Shown here one piece after another: positions 49,952 through 62,000 of a stretch of DNA of 62,000 bases. A program made the translations under genes and the position numbers. Source of the stretch: Chiloscyllium plagiosum (Eukaryota); contig NC_057718.1 in the NCBI RefSeq assembly GCF_004010195.1, forward strand, positions 39,103,143 to 39,165,142, in the 5' to 3' direction. How positions within the stretch are numbered: position 1 is the stretch's first letter; each line of letters opens with the position of its first letter. A model generated the notes under the pieces. The model was given only the letters and a program-made list of their open reading frames with translations. It was not told the origin of the DNA and did not search any database.

Positions 49952-50797
49952 CTAGAACTGTTGGTCTTCCTTATCAGATTCTGGGGTTGTTGGTCTTGAT
50001 ATTTCAAATATTTCCTGTGGCGAATTTGAGGATCTTGCATTTAATATTCTCAGTATTTCTGAAAGTTGTTTTTCAATATTGGTGATCTTGTTATTCAGGG
50101 ACTTTATGTCCTGTTTCAGCTCACATTTTACTTCTAAAATGGTTGCTTGAAGGGTTTGTTCAGGAATTGGATAAAAAGTGTGCTTTGCCTCCGTCTGCAC
50201 AGGGCTTCGGTCCTGGGGGCTCCTTGTTTCTCCTGCGTTGTCTAATCTCAGATCGCTCTTTGTGATACCACTATCACATGAATCTGTTTTTCTCAAAGAC
50301 ATCTCCTCATGTGTTTTAGTTCTTTCTGGTAAAGTCTCCATCGATTCTGCCTTTGACACTTTATTCCAGTCTTCTGCTTTAGAAGTAGAATCTTTAAATT
50401 TTGACCAACCCTTTCGCTTACTGGATTCACCAGATTGTCTAGCAGCTGCAAATTGCTCAGATGTTGGGGCCTGCAGTTTATCCTGATCTGATGTCTCTGA
50501 TGTCGAGGCTCTAACCACTTGTGAAGGGACTGGAGTTGCTGGACTTTCAGTTACTGTAACTACACTGGTTGTTGCTGCAGCATTTGCTACATGGCCATCT
50601 AACTGTGCAATGCCTTTCTCGATATCATTAACATCCTTCAATCTTTCTGCTGCTAAACGAGCCTCCTTCTGTTGTCTAAACCTTTGAAAAAGTCTGCGTA
50701 CAGGATGGTCGGGAGGCAGGTTTAATGGAGCCTCATTCTTTCTCCTCATTCTTTCTTCTTCTTCACGCTTCACATCACTGATCTTCCTGAACACAAT
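49952..50797 (-). CDS. KCNH1: Last coding exon of voltage-gated K+ channel EAG1 (Kv10.1)
   Basis: Acceptor TTCTTTCATTTATGTAG|ATTGTGTTC (phase 0). [89 protein letters not shown] and a C-terminal coiled coil. TAG at 49954-49952. Confidence 0.97.
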   Translation of the reverse strand: MVFRKISDVKREEEERMRRKNEAPLNLPPDHPVRRLFQRFRQQKEARLAAERLKDVNDIEKGIAQLDGHVANAAATTSVVTVTESPATPVPSQVVRASTSETSDQDKLQAPTSEQFAAARQSGESSKRKGWSKFKDSTSKAEDWNKVSKAESMETLPERTKTHEEMSLRKTDSCDSGITKSDLRLDNAGETRSPQDRSPVQTEAKHTFYPIPEQTLQATILEVKCELKQDIKSLNNKITNIEKQLSEILRILNARSSNSPQEIFEISRPTTPESDKEDQQF

Positions 50798-53469
50798 CTA
50801 CATAAATGAAAGAATTAAAAATTAGAGATTAATGATTCAGTCATGATATGTTACATATGCAGTGACGTAAGGTGACGTGAGCACTATACATTACAACACT
50901 TCATTGTGATGTAATTATCACCCATGATTCTTGCTTATGCACCTATAAAACAGAACTTGGCCTTCAATCGGAAACAGATAGAACTCAAAACTTTCCAAAT
51001 AAAACCCTGCTTTATGTGTAAAAGGTTACTTCCTAATTCATATGCAATCAAAAATGTTGAACTGTGGTTCAAGGCCACAAAGTTATTTTGCTTAAGTATT
51101 TAAGGGCCTATATCTATTTTCAAAAGGTTATGTTTCAGTCGGAATAATTCTTTAAAAATTACTGCGCTAATTGTTAGATTAATAGTGTCTGATTTTAGAC
51201 AAAGGTTCAAAAAGACAATCAGTACAATGAAAGTAACTTCTGGTTGTGCACTAAGATCAATCAAACAATTGGATGTTTTTTTAAAAAAACTAAATGATTT
51301 TCTTTAAGGTTCTGGAGTCTCCTCATAATTAGCAAGAGTTTATTTGTCACTGCATATAACTTCTTAATAATTTTATAAGCTAAATGATACATGCCTAAAG
51401 ATGAGCAGGAAAAGAAAGGCCTGGGTTCTCATACATCTTTCGACAGTGGCTAGACAAAGTGATAATGCTGTTAAAAAGCTCACAGGTCCTATTGCTATTT
51501 CTGATATTCAGTCTGGATTTTGGGGTAAACATATCAAAGTATTCACATACACAACACTATTTACAATAAATCAGCCCAGCATATATAAAAAATTGCAGAG
51601 GCCAGGTGACTGTTGCAACACACACAAACTAAATAAATACGTAAATGATTTACTATACCTTTAACATGAATCTAAAACTATCAAATCAATTGTCTGATCA
51701 TTGAACTATAAAATAAAATTGTACCATCCAACCATACAGGTACCATATACACAATCCACTGATTACTTAGGCCTCAGTCTTATGGTCTTTTACAACATCT
51801 ATTTTTATCAATCTGCCCTTCCTTACCATGTCCATGTATCAAACATTCCTCTGTTGCAAGTAAAAATAGGCACTTCTCAGAGGCCGTAAATGCTATCATA
51901 CAGTTCCTCAGGAAATAGTGACACTTTCCTTCTGGATTTACCACATCCCAAGAGTGGGTAATGGTATTTCATTCACTTCACTGCCACTGGCTGTGTGTCT
52001 AATTTTTATCTTTCTCTGGCTAGTGGGGTCCTATTAAATCTTCCCTAATATAATTACCTAACACCATACACTTATCTTTATAGCTTAGCTTGACCCATCT
52101 TATTTGTACCAACACCTTCAGGTTTATAAATAGGCACAGGGCAGAATCCTTTGTTCTCGATCTGGGCACTGACTCTGAAGACATTTCTGCGGGAAATTGA
52201 CAATGCCAGGGAGCACATTCATCATCCAATTAAGACGATTCAATCATAACTTTCAATATATATTTGAATAAGGACTAAGTAGAAGAATCAGGAAATGAAA
52301 CTAATTGGAGAGTTGCTTCAATGAGTCAGCACAGGCATGATAAACCAAACATCTTTATATTGAATCAACCAGCAGTTTTAAAGAAATTATATTGCAGTGT
52401 TCAGCTGAAGACAAACTTATTTTGATTTGTATTATAGGATAATAATTTGCTGTGCTTCATTCAAATGATGATACTCAAAATGCTCAGTTAATGAAGTACC
52501 AGCACCTTGAAATCAATTCATCAGGTTCCTTAGAACATCCGGCAAGAACTATTCATCTAGATAAGCTTCAGACATATTTATATCTGACTAAATTGCAATT
52601 TCAGTTGCAATTAAACATTTTCAATGCCTAGAGCTGACAGCAGACATTGATGAGGTACATATTTAACTCCCACTAGCTTCCTATGACTAATAAGGAATGA
52701 GAAAGTTTGACCCATGCAAACCTTCTTCTCTTCCTGTTAATTAAAGTACCTTGTAAAAATGACAAACATTTAAAATAAATACTTTCAATCTTATTATCAA
52801 CCTATGAGGCTGTGGAAGTATATTTAGAGTAATACATTACAGCAACAAATATCCTGTGCTGTAGGACTGGATGAGGAAAGCCACACTTAAGCCACAGGCA
52901 CATCAATCGACTGGAATTCCAAAACCAACATTAGAAATGGTAATGATGCCTACATATGATGAATGTTGGTGCACGTTTTAAGCTAACAATGGGGACTTGG
53001 CTGAGTGGGCTTTATTACTTGGAATTTTACAATTCAGATAGAAGCATCAGTCATTTGAAAGACACCATAAATACAATCGTCTTCCTCGCTTTATGTCCCA
53101 ATCAAAATGCACCAAATTATATTCCCCAAGTAGAATACTTCTTAAACAAATATTTTATAGCAAAATAATATAAATTCAGTGCTCAAAAGTTAAACGGCAA
53201 TATAAAAACAAAAATAGGTGCTTCCTTTTTTTTTATATTGACTTGTCACAAAAGTAGAAAAAAGATCAAATATGATCATAAATAAGTGGAATGCAAATAA
53301 AGAGAGCTGAGAGTTACTTCTGATATATTTCAATATCAGCAGAACTTAATTACCAGATCCATAATTTTCACAGAGCCAGTCACTGAATTAATGCACATGT
53401 AGCTTTAAAACATATTTTAAGTTGCTGGGACAAAATATGCTCCTGGTCTTATTAAGTCAAGTCAACTTT

Positions 53470-54040
53470 TCTTTTAATTCTCTCATGTTAAATTGGAATC
53501 ACTGGTGAGGCGAGCATTTGTTGCCTATTCCTAATTGCTTTGAACTGAGTAGCTTGTTGGCCACTTCAGAGGGCAGGTAGGAGTCTATGGCATTGCTGTG
53601 AATCATATACAATACTGGGTCGAGATGGCAGACTTCCTTCTCTCAAGAGGATTGGTGAACCAGATGGTTTTTATTTACAATTGTTGACAATATAGAAACC
53701 ATATCTAAGTCTAGTTTCAATTCCAGATTTTGCTAATTGAATTTAAATTCCACCAACTGTCAAGGCAGGATTTTAACTTCTGTCCCTAGTGTTTTAGTGA
53801 GGACTTCTGGATTACCTTAGTGACGTTATCACAACGTCACCATCTTCCCAGACAGTTGTTGTTCATATAAGCTAAATTCTACTTAATCTAGAATACTGTT
53901 TATTAATGTAATTATTTTATTCACTCATGAGACAAGGAATCACTGGCTAGGCCAGCAATTATTGCTCCTCCCCAGTTTCCCAGAGGGCACTTCAGAGTCA
54001 ACTACATTCCGGATGATGGACTCACGTGTTGGCCAGATCA
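53470..54040 (-). mobile_element. Two adjacent tRNA-SINE copies (53470-53850 and a 53915-54040 tail)
   Basis: Homologous to 9590-9956. Confidence 0.65.
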
Positions 54041-54748
54041 TTACATCTAATATAAATCAACAATTGCTTTATTGCAGTTCTGCTCTTGCAGGAATGCAGT
54101 TCAGTTCAAATTCTGTATGAAGATAATTCAGATTGTGGCACATATGACATTTTAGTGCTGGTACTTAGAGAGAGAGAGAAGCCTTTGTTACAGTTTCTGG
54201 ATCAAGGTCTTGTTTTCACTTTATGATCCATCAACGTGCACTTATGAAATAGTGATAATAGCACGACTTACTATCTCTCCTGACATTAACTCAATTTTCT
54301 ACTCATGTTATTGTAACTGATTTTGTACAGACCTTTCCTAATACACAGGAGAACTCTTTGCTGCTGTAAAGATACAACCTACAACGTGCCAGAGGGAAAG
54401 TGGGAGAAAGAGGCAGAAAAAGAACAAAAGAAAGAATAAGAAATAAAAGAGAAAAAATAAGAAAGTATAATGAAAGGTTTATGTGGTGAAACAGAATCAA
54501 GTTAGGCCTTGTGCCTTAGGCTTCGCCACATTACACTCGCAATGTCCTGAAATTATACATAGTCGTGACAGCTTTGTTTGTTAATTGACTCTCCAAGTTT
54601 CTATTACAACAAATCTTGTTCCACATGCCAGCTGACTACAAAGAAAAATACTTAGCATTAAGGAGGCATTCTAAATTTTAAAAAAAGCCCATTCAAACAG
54701 CACAATTCAAACAGGCAAAATATCTAAGTCATACATGCATATACTAAA

Positions 54749-54840
54749 GTCGAGAGTCTGGTGCTGGAAAAGCACAGCAGGTCAGGCAGCAGCCGAGGAG
54801 TAGGAGAATCGACATTTCGGGCATAAGTCCTTCATCAGAA
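54749..54840 (-). mobile_element. Penelope family-1 tail with a near-intact hammerhead
   Basis: Minus strand TTCTGATGAAGGACTTATGCCCGAAATGTCGATTCTCC. One stem II mismatch and a C-to-T change after GAAA. Confidence 0.8.
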
Positions 54841-55404
54841 ATTTCCATCAGACCTTAGACTTCATATGCACACCACTCCCCGCCACCTCCATATCCCATC
54901 CATGCCAATCATTCAACTAAAAGTCTTCTACCCATCTCCAATAGCTCTCCAAATACATGATGCCACCCTATGCCTCTCTACCCCTTCTACTGACCCTCAT
55001 GTCCATTTTCAATACTAAGCCCCCTATACCCTTGGCCTTCCATAGCCTTTATGCCAAATTATTGGCTATCTGCAAGTACCCTTGCACAAAAGAGAACAAC
55101 ATAATTATTAATACTTAAAAAATCTAAATTGCAGCTAACACTATTATGAAAAGCACTGTCATTCATGAAAGTACATTCTGACAGAGTTTTGACAGATTTT
55201 CATTCTTGAAAAGTCTTGACAGGTCTTCGAACTTTCTGACAGTTTGACACTTGAGACACTTCTTGACAGCTGACACACCTTGATATGACTTTTCATAATG
55301 TATCTGTTCTTGATACTTCTTGACACTTTATGCACAATTGTCTGCATAGTAAATAATTCTGAACAGTACATGACAGCACCCCCATATCCAAAGGATATAC
55401 AAAT

Positions 55405-56260
55405 CCTCTCACTTTAAACATGTCCCCCAAATGTTGAAATGCCCCATCCTAGGGAAAAGACAACTACCATTAACGATCTATGCCCCTCATTACTTTATAA
55501 ATTTTTATCAGGTCGCTTCTCAAACTCCTATACTCCAGTGAAAAATATCCCAGCCTATCCAGCCTTTCTTTATAACTCAAATTTTCCACACCCAGCAACA
55601 TCCTGGTAAATCTCTTCTGATCCCTCTCCAGCTTAATAATATCCTTCCTATAACTGGGTGACCAGAACGGGACACAGTACTCTAGAAGAGGCCTCATCAA
55701 CGTTCCGTACAGTCTCAATATGATTTCCCCACTCCTATACTCAAAGGACTGAGCAATGAAGGCAAATGCCTTTTTAACCATCCTGTCTATATGTGACAGA
55801 AACTTCAAAGAATTATGCACCTGAACCCCTAGGTCCCTCTGTTCTACAACACCAAGGTCCTACCATGAATTGTATAAGCCCTGCCCTTTTTGTTGGACCA
55901 AAATGCAATACCTTGCATTTACCCAGATTGAACTCCATGTGCTATTTTTCAGCCCATTGACCCATTTGACCAAGATCCCTTTGTAATCTTAGAAAACCTT
56001 TTTCACTGTCTACTCTGCCACCAACATTGGTGTCGTTCGCAAACTTACTAATCATACCTTCCATATTCTCATTCAAATCATTTAAGTAACTGATGAACAA
56101 AAGAGGACTCTAAACCAATCCCTGTGGAACACCACTGGTGACAGGCTTCCAGTCTGAAAAGCAACCCTCCACCACCACACTCTGTCTCCTGCAGGTAAGC
56201 CGATTATATTGGCAAACTCACCCTGAATCCTTTGTGACCTTTATTAATTAGTCTACTGTG
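55405..56260 (-). mobile_element. CR1 LINE ORF2 3' fragment
   Basis: LMRPLLEYCVPFWSPSYRKDIIKLER...LSYKERLDRLG. An upstream GVPQG motif is at ~56118-56135. Confidence 0.9.
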
Positions 56261-56289
56261 CAGTATCATGTTTATTATGTTTCTGGTAT

Positions 56290-56845
56290 AATTTCCATTC
56301 ATGGTGACAGAATCACTCTCTATTCAATGTTCAGTCCTTCAGCCATTGTGCTCAATCAATCCACTGCCATTTACAATGATACATCAACATATTCACCTTT
56401 CTTTCCACCTCTTCTCTGATTTCCCTCCACGATCCATTTTTTCATTCTTCTGCTGATGCCTTTTACAACTCCCTTTGCGGCAAAAGTAGCATCCATTCCT
56501 TTGAATCTTTCCCCATCATTATCCAAGGTCCCAGAAGTTACTTCCATGTGAAACAGTCATGTCACAGTACTATCTCTAACCAAGGAAACTTTTCACAACT
56601 ACTTACAGCTCAAATGTCCCCAAACTCAAAAGAGCAAATGTGATTCAGGTGAGTACTTTACAAATGCTGTCCTGTATGCAACTGTGAACCTGATCCCTTT
56701 ACAATTTTCTACCTCAACAGCCTTCCCATCCCCATTCTGATCTCTCCTATCTTTCACCTCCAACATTACTTACCAAGTAATAGTTAGCTTTTTTATTCAT
56801 GTGAACACTATGCACTAAATGCTGACTTTAGTAAATTCAGCTATT
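56290..56845 (+). mobile_element. Very old Penelope-like remnant
   Basis: Loose similarity to 33800-34150 (CCAAGGTCCCAGAAGTTACTTCCATGTGAAACAG...ACTAAATGCTGACTTTAGTAAATTCAG). Confidence 0.4.
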
Positions 56846-59133
56846 TATCCCCATTTTATTTGCATTAAGGACTAAGGATGGATGAATCCCTCAGTGTTTA
56901 GGGGATACAAAAGAGGTGGCGTAACCAAAACTCCAATAGAGTTGCTTTTGTTTTTAACTGTTCCTAAGCAAATGCAAACTGTGATTATAATGAATCCTAA
57001 TGGTCTTGTTATGTTTAATGCAAGACTGTCAACTGGCATTGTGTAATATTTGCATGAATCCTACTGAATGAAGAGAAGTAAGCCAATTTACACCCCGACC
57101 CTTAAACATTTTAGAATACCAACAAAGGTTTTTATTTTAACCTATAAAAAATACTGTAAATGGCTGCCAAGAAGTGAAGGAACAGGATTGATTATATTTT
57201 CCAGAACTGCATCTAGTAGGAACACAACGTCTCTCTCCACCAAGGAATAATTATGATATTTTAAATATAGAACTCTATAATTCACAATGTGCATAAGTAG
57301 AACATTGGCATATTCTTCTCATAGGAATACGTGTGATTGCCTCTTAGCTCTTACAGAAAAGGATGAATAATTGAAACTATAAATAATGACCAATTTTAGC
57401 AATATTACATGGCTAAGTATAATCAAAATTAGAGCTTTCGTAAATTCTTGTTTCCAAATGAATTACACATTCATTTGTTACCTATTGGCTACTGTAAATG
57501 AAATTTATATCTAATTCATTTTAAAGCCTGTACTTATTGGTATTTCTGTTATCACAAAGAAGTCCCAACGTCTCCTTTCTGACTACCGGTACTTCATTAA
57601 TTGTTTCAAATAATTTTCATACAATTTGGTGGTCAGATTCCTCACAAGAACATGTGTATCAGCAAGTTTTCAAGTGAGATTTCTGATATCAGTATGCACA
57701 ACTGCAGAAAATATTCAAGTAATATATGAACAATTATCTGCATGATGGTGCTTCTCAAAACATCCATTTCAATTCCAGAAGAGGGGGAGAATGTTTCAAT
57801 GATTTTTTTTAAGATGACCTGTTTTGAACAGTTTAATATCCTAAACAAACATAATAATTTGCAAGTATAATAATGCCGGTCATGACATCGGGGTGTCACA
57901 AAGTAGTTAAAGGATCAGCTGCCATTTTTGTTTTCAGCACTATAGATTTAAGCTGACTTGCCCTTTCAGAAAATATTGGGGTTGCAACACAATAGAGTTG
58001 ATCAGAGATCCTGCAACAAGTTTACAGTGCATCTTCATTTCAATTACTCCCAGATTACAATTTGTTTATAAGAGGGTTTTAAACTTTTTCTAATAATAAT
58101 GGAACAGCCTTATATAAAAATGAAACTGAAGGATGCAATTTAATGAACAAGGAATAGAACAATGAATTAAGTCAGAAATAACGTTTAGGTACTCAGTGTA
58201 TGTTTTAAAAGATTAGAGATTATGCATTGGATTTCCATGAAGTCAGGGAAACTCTGTGGAAGTGTGAAAAGGGTGACCAGGATTCACAGATCCCGAACCC
58301 CATTCTCAGGATTTCACATTTTTGCCAAGGCCTTTTAAGGGTATGGGTTAGATTGGGTCACGAGGTAGTATTCTGCAGATTCTGACCTGTTTGGCTCGAT
58401 CGTGAGGATAAGATTTTCCTACTCCATTGTAATTTTCAGTGAGTTAGGCCACCTTTTAGAGAATTCATGGTTCATGGGATCTCAAATGTTTCCCCATACA
58501 GACTTTACCACAGCCCACCCCCCCTGCCCCTGTAAACTATGGCACATCTGTGCTCATACTATATCAAACTATGACCCCAACTATGACAATAAGCCTCAGA
58601 ATGCATTTCTTGCAGAAATCCATTCGGGTGTTGAAACAGTTGTACCCCAGAAAACAAAACATTGTTTGCTTGATAGCACTCTGATCTGTGCTGTCAATTG
58701 TATAATGTTTCTTGAGACAGGTTTCAAGGGCTTGCAGGTTCTGCTAGTTATATTTTAAAGATCTGGTCCATAGTAAAAGGAGTTTTTTTTTAAATTAAAA
58801 AAAAATGCTATTTTTACTATAGCATCCATTGGTTCTATACATTGGATGAATGAACATGGATGTGCTGTGGCTAACAATGGGGTGCGTCAGGCCATGGAGG
58901 GTGGGCGTTGGCATGGTCTGGCATATGCCTTATGAGGGCACATGGGAGTTGGCTACATGGGCATGGCTTGGCATGGAGGGTATGAGGAGCCACACGGTGA
59001 AAAGTGGGATATGGAGAGCATAAGAAGCCATGACAGATGGATGATAGAGTATGATTTGTATCTGCTAGGTGAAAGGCAATATGACAGTATGGAGGGAGCA
59101 TGATGATTGTGTGGGTGGCAGGGGCTGTGAGGG

Positions 59134-60449
59134 TGTGGTGTAAAATTATGTCCCAATACATGTGTGAATCATAATGTAACACATGTATTGGGCCAAGCAG
59201 TGGAATGTGGTGTAAAATTCCAAGCAGTGGAATGTGGTGAAACGGTTAAAAATTATGTCCCAATACATGTGTGAATCTAACCGGAATGGAGGTGTTGCTT
59301 AGTCCCGTGTGAATCTTCTTATCTGTATGTAACCAGAATGGGGTCACGAGATAACCTTGGCTGAGAAGATCAGAATGAATCCAACGAGTTTATTTACATA
59401 TATTAAGGAAAAGAGAATAACTATAGTGAGAATACGACCCCTCAATGATCAAAGTGGATATGTATATGCGGAACCACAGGAAATTCTGAAGGTTCGCAAT
59501 TGATATTTCTCTTCTGTATTTACTGTAGAGAAATACATGAAGACTTGATATGGGAGCTTATGGAAGTTAGTGGTGATATCTTTGGGGACAATCTATATCA
59601 TAGTAGTGGAGCTGTTAGATGTACAGGTATTAGAATGTAGAAAGGTGGATAGATCTCCTGGTTCTGACCATATGTATCTAAGAACACAGCAGGAGGCTAG
59701 AGAAGAAACTACAGGGACCCTGGCTGATATTTTTGCATCATCGTTAGCTATAGGTGGGGTCCCAGAAGACTGGAGGTTAGCGAATGTTGTTTCCTTATTC
59801 AAGAAGGGAAGAAAAGAAATACCTAGGAAATATAGTCCAGTAAGCGTAAGAGAATTTGCGTATTACAGTGAGGGAAGTTTTCAGAAATTGCAGCAGGTCC
59901 TTGATTAGCTGGGGAATTGGGCTGAGAAATAGGAAAATATAGTTTAATATAGATAGACGTGAGTTTTGCATTTTGGAAAGTCAAATCAAGGCAGGAATTT
60001 CATCATGAATGGTAGGGCGTAGTTGTGGTGAAACGGTTAAAAATTATGTCCCTATACATGTGTGAATCTAACCGGAATGGAGGTGTTGCTTAGTCCCGTG
60101 TGAATCTTCTTATCTGTATGTAACCAGAATGGAATGTGTTTTTTAGCCTTGCTCTGCTGTTCACATGAATGTTTATATCTGGAAAAGAGTATATCAGCTG
60201 GAAAAGTCTCCAGTTCGGTGAGTCTGCTCCGGGGTTACGTTTAACCGCCGAGCGTGGGTTGTTGGCAACCGCTCTACGAGAACTGACGGCTCCCAGTTCC
60301 GGTAACATGTAGAGTGAGTATAAGCCAGACCCGTTGTGGCGACGCTGCGGGGAATAAAATGCCCATATTCTAGCAGACTCACCTCTTGGTCGTTTGTTCT
60401 GTGTCAGACTACTCTCCTACGAACCTGACCTTGAGAATTTTTTAAAACA
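59134..60449 (+). mobile_element. Solo LTR (~525 bp reconstructed) with a 5-bp TSD, interrupted by a CR1 fragment
   Basis: TGT...ACA termini, GAGGG at 59129-59133 and 60450-60454, TATAA at 60319-60323, AATAAA at 60353-60358, and CpG-rich sequence. Confidence 0.85.
59342..60023 (+). mobile_element. Decayed internal CR1 ORF2 fragment
   Basis: RSPGSDHMYLR...LADIFASSLAIGGVPEDWRLANVVSLFKKG. Internal deletion near 59845 and no 3' tail. Confidence 0.88.
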
Positions 60450-61683
60450 GAGGGGTAAGGGCTAGAGGGCCTTACTGTTGTTATTACAGCCTGGATTAAG
60501 TCCCAAAGCTTTACGGAGGGGCATTTAAACAACCTGCCTCATCAGCTAGCCATATGACTGCCTCCAAACTCTTTCCTGGATGGACTGGCCCAATGACAGG
60601 CCACAGCCACATTGCTCTCCCTCCCAGTGACAATGAGAAGCACATCTCTGGAGAATTTGCTCATGCATGTGGAATTGGGAATTGTCCAGACACCTATTTC
60701 CAATAGTACGTGGTGGGTCCATGTGCCACACGGAGTCTGGCCATTACTGAGGCATGATGTTTAGCCAAAAAATGGCATGCTAAAGAAGGGAAGTGGCCTG
60801 GGTTTTGATGGAGATGGGGGGACGGTGCAGTTATAGAGGTGCCAGGCAGTTGTCCATAAGAAACGCCAATTTCCTGTCTAAATATGTTTTTTTTACATAT
60901 TGAACTCTTTCAGTTCAAGATCACCAAACTGACCTGGAATTCTAGGCTGATCTACTTCCATTAGCAATTTGGTTTACCTTGTCTCACCAGGTGTCATTGA
61001 ACTTGCTCAGATAGTCATTAAATCCAGGGACACAGGAAGTCCACATTCCTCCCTCCACGAACTTCCGAAACTGCTGGCATTACATGAGAAAAGGCTGTGT
61101 TCCTTAAAACACACTGCAGGATTTCTCATGCAAGGCCATGAACCAGTATATACTCCAACTCTAGTGCAGAAAGTCAGTCTGCATTTTCAATATTTATACT
61201 TTCCAGTACCCTTTGTTTAGTTTCATCTAAAATAGAATTTCATATAATTTACAGCAGAGAAACAGGCTATTCATTCCTACTTGTCTATGTTGGTTTCTAA
61301 ATTCCACTGAGCTTCTTCTCAATCTATAAACACAATTTCACCTTATCAATACATCCTTTGATTTCTTTCTCCCACAGCTTATTCAGATTAAATATTGAAA
61401 GCACTTATCACAGTAAAACAGGTAAGTAATCTGTTGCCTTCAAGTTGAAGTAAATTGAAGCCATTAACTTTCTTGTTTATGGAAGTACAGTTGGCAATGT
61501 TTAATAGATGTTAGGTCTCTGACAATTACCTCCTATAAAAACATTGTGCACCAAATAAATCCTTCTCATTTGGTGGGATAACATGTTGATTGAGAAAGAC
61601 CTACATTTGACCCTCGATTATTTGCTAAGAAGAGCAAGCAACTAATCCACTAAGATCAGGAAGGTCACAATTCTATGCCCAGG

Positions 61684-61869
61684 AGACAGTGAGGACTGCA
61701 GATGCTGGAGATTAGAGTCGAGAGTGTGGTGCTGGGAAAGCACAGCAGGTCAGGCAACATCCAAGGAGCAGGAGTATCGATAGTTCGGGCATAAGACCTT
61801 CATCAGGATTTTCCTGCTCCTTGGATGCTGCCTCACCTGCTGTGCTTTCCCAGCACACACCCTCGACCT
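61684..61869. mobile_element. Fold-back PLE-derived mini-element with a 17-bp duplication
   Basis: ACAATTCTATGCCCAGG at 61667-61683 and 61870-61886. A minus copy (3' end to hammerhead, 61684-61810) is followed by a plus partial copy (61811-61868). Confidence 0.88.
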
Positions 61870-62000
61870 ACAATTCTATGCCCAGGCTGCAATGATCAGA
61901 GAGGATTCAGATTCAAAGAAAGTAAATGGCCAAGGTTGCAGTCTTAATTGCTATCCACTAACCCTTCTGAAAGTGGATAAATGGTCGACTTTGGGTGAGG

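Noticed and set aside
50178..50486. 102-aa plus-strand ORF
   Set aside because: It is an antisense shadow of the KCNH1 exon.
49952..50797. KCNH5 (EAG2) as the gene identity
   Set aside because: [31 protein letters not shown] and [16 protein letters not shown] are KCNH1-type, and the HHAT neighbour fits KCNH1.
59134..60132. CRISPR-like repeat-spacer array
   Set aside because: The repeats are irregular LTR-internal duplications in eukaryotic DNA, and there are no cas genes.
60969..61220. Possible penultimate KCNH1 exon (donor-like AAG/GTAA on - near 60975)
   Set aside because: The translation does not give the expected CNBHD end (…YNLRKR). That exon must lie beyond the window.

Overview
Vertebrate genomic DNA, almost certainly from a shark or other elasmobranch, judged from HE1-type SINEs and typical CR1, L2 and Penelope repeats. 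It holds the convergent 3' ends of two genes. On + is the short last coding exon of HHAT (41665-41750), which the ORF track misses. On - is the last coding exon of KCNH1/EAG1 (50797-49952) with a ~3.3 kb putative 3' UTR. The same tail-to-tail pairing exists in human. The rest appears to be intron or intergenic DNA filled with transposons: a full-length but frameshifted L1 with a 15-bp TSD, CR1, L2 and Rex1 fragments, tRNA-SINEs, TA-flanked Tigger/mariner-like elements, Harbinger remnants and a solo LTR. The most interesting signal is about a dozen short Penelope (PLE)-derived insertions that carry minimal type I hammerhead ribozyme motifs; two have intact catalytic cores. Many are split or inverted and flanked by 10-17 bp target duplications. 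A second oddity is a young solo LTR interrupted by an old CR1 fragment between 109-bp direct repeats. All calls were made by eye. Repeat family names come from recall and need RepeatMasker or BLAST confirmation.
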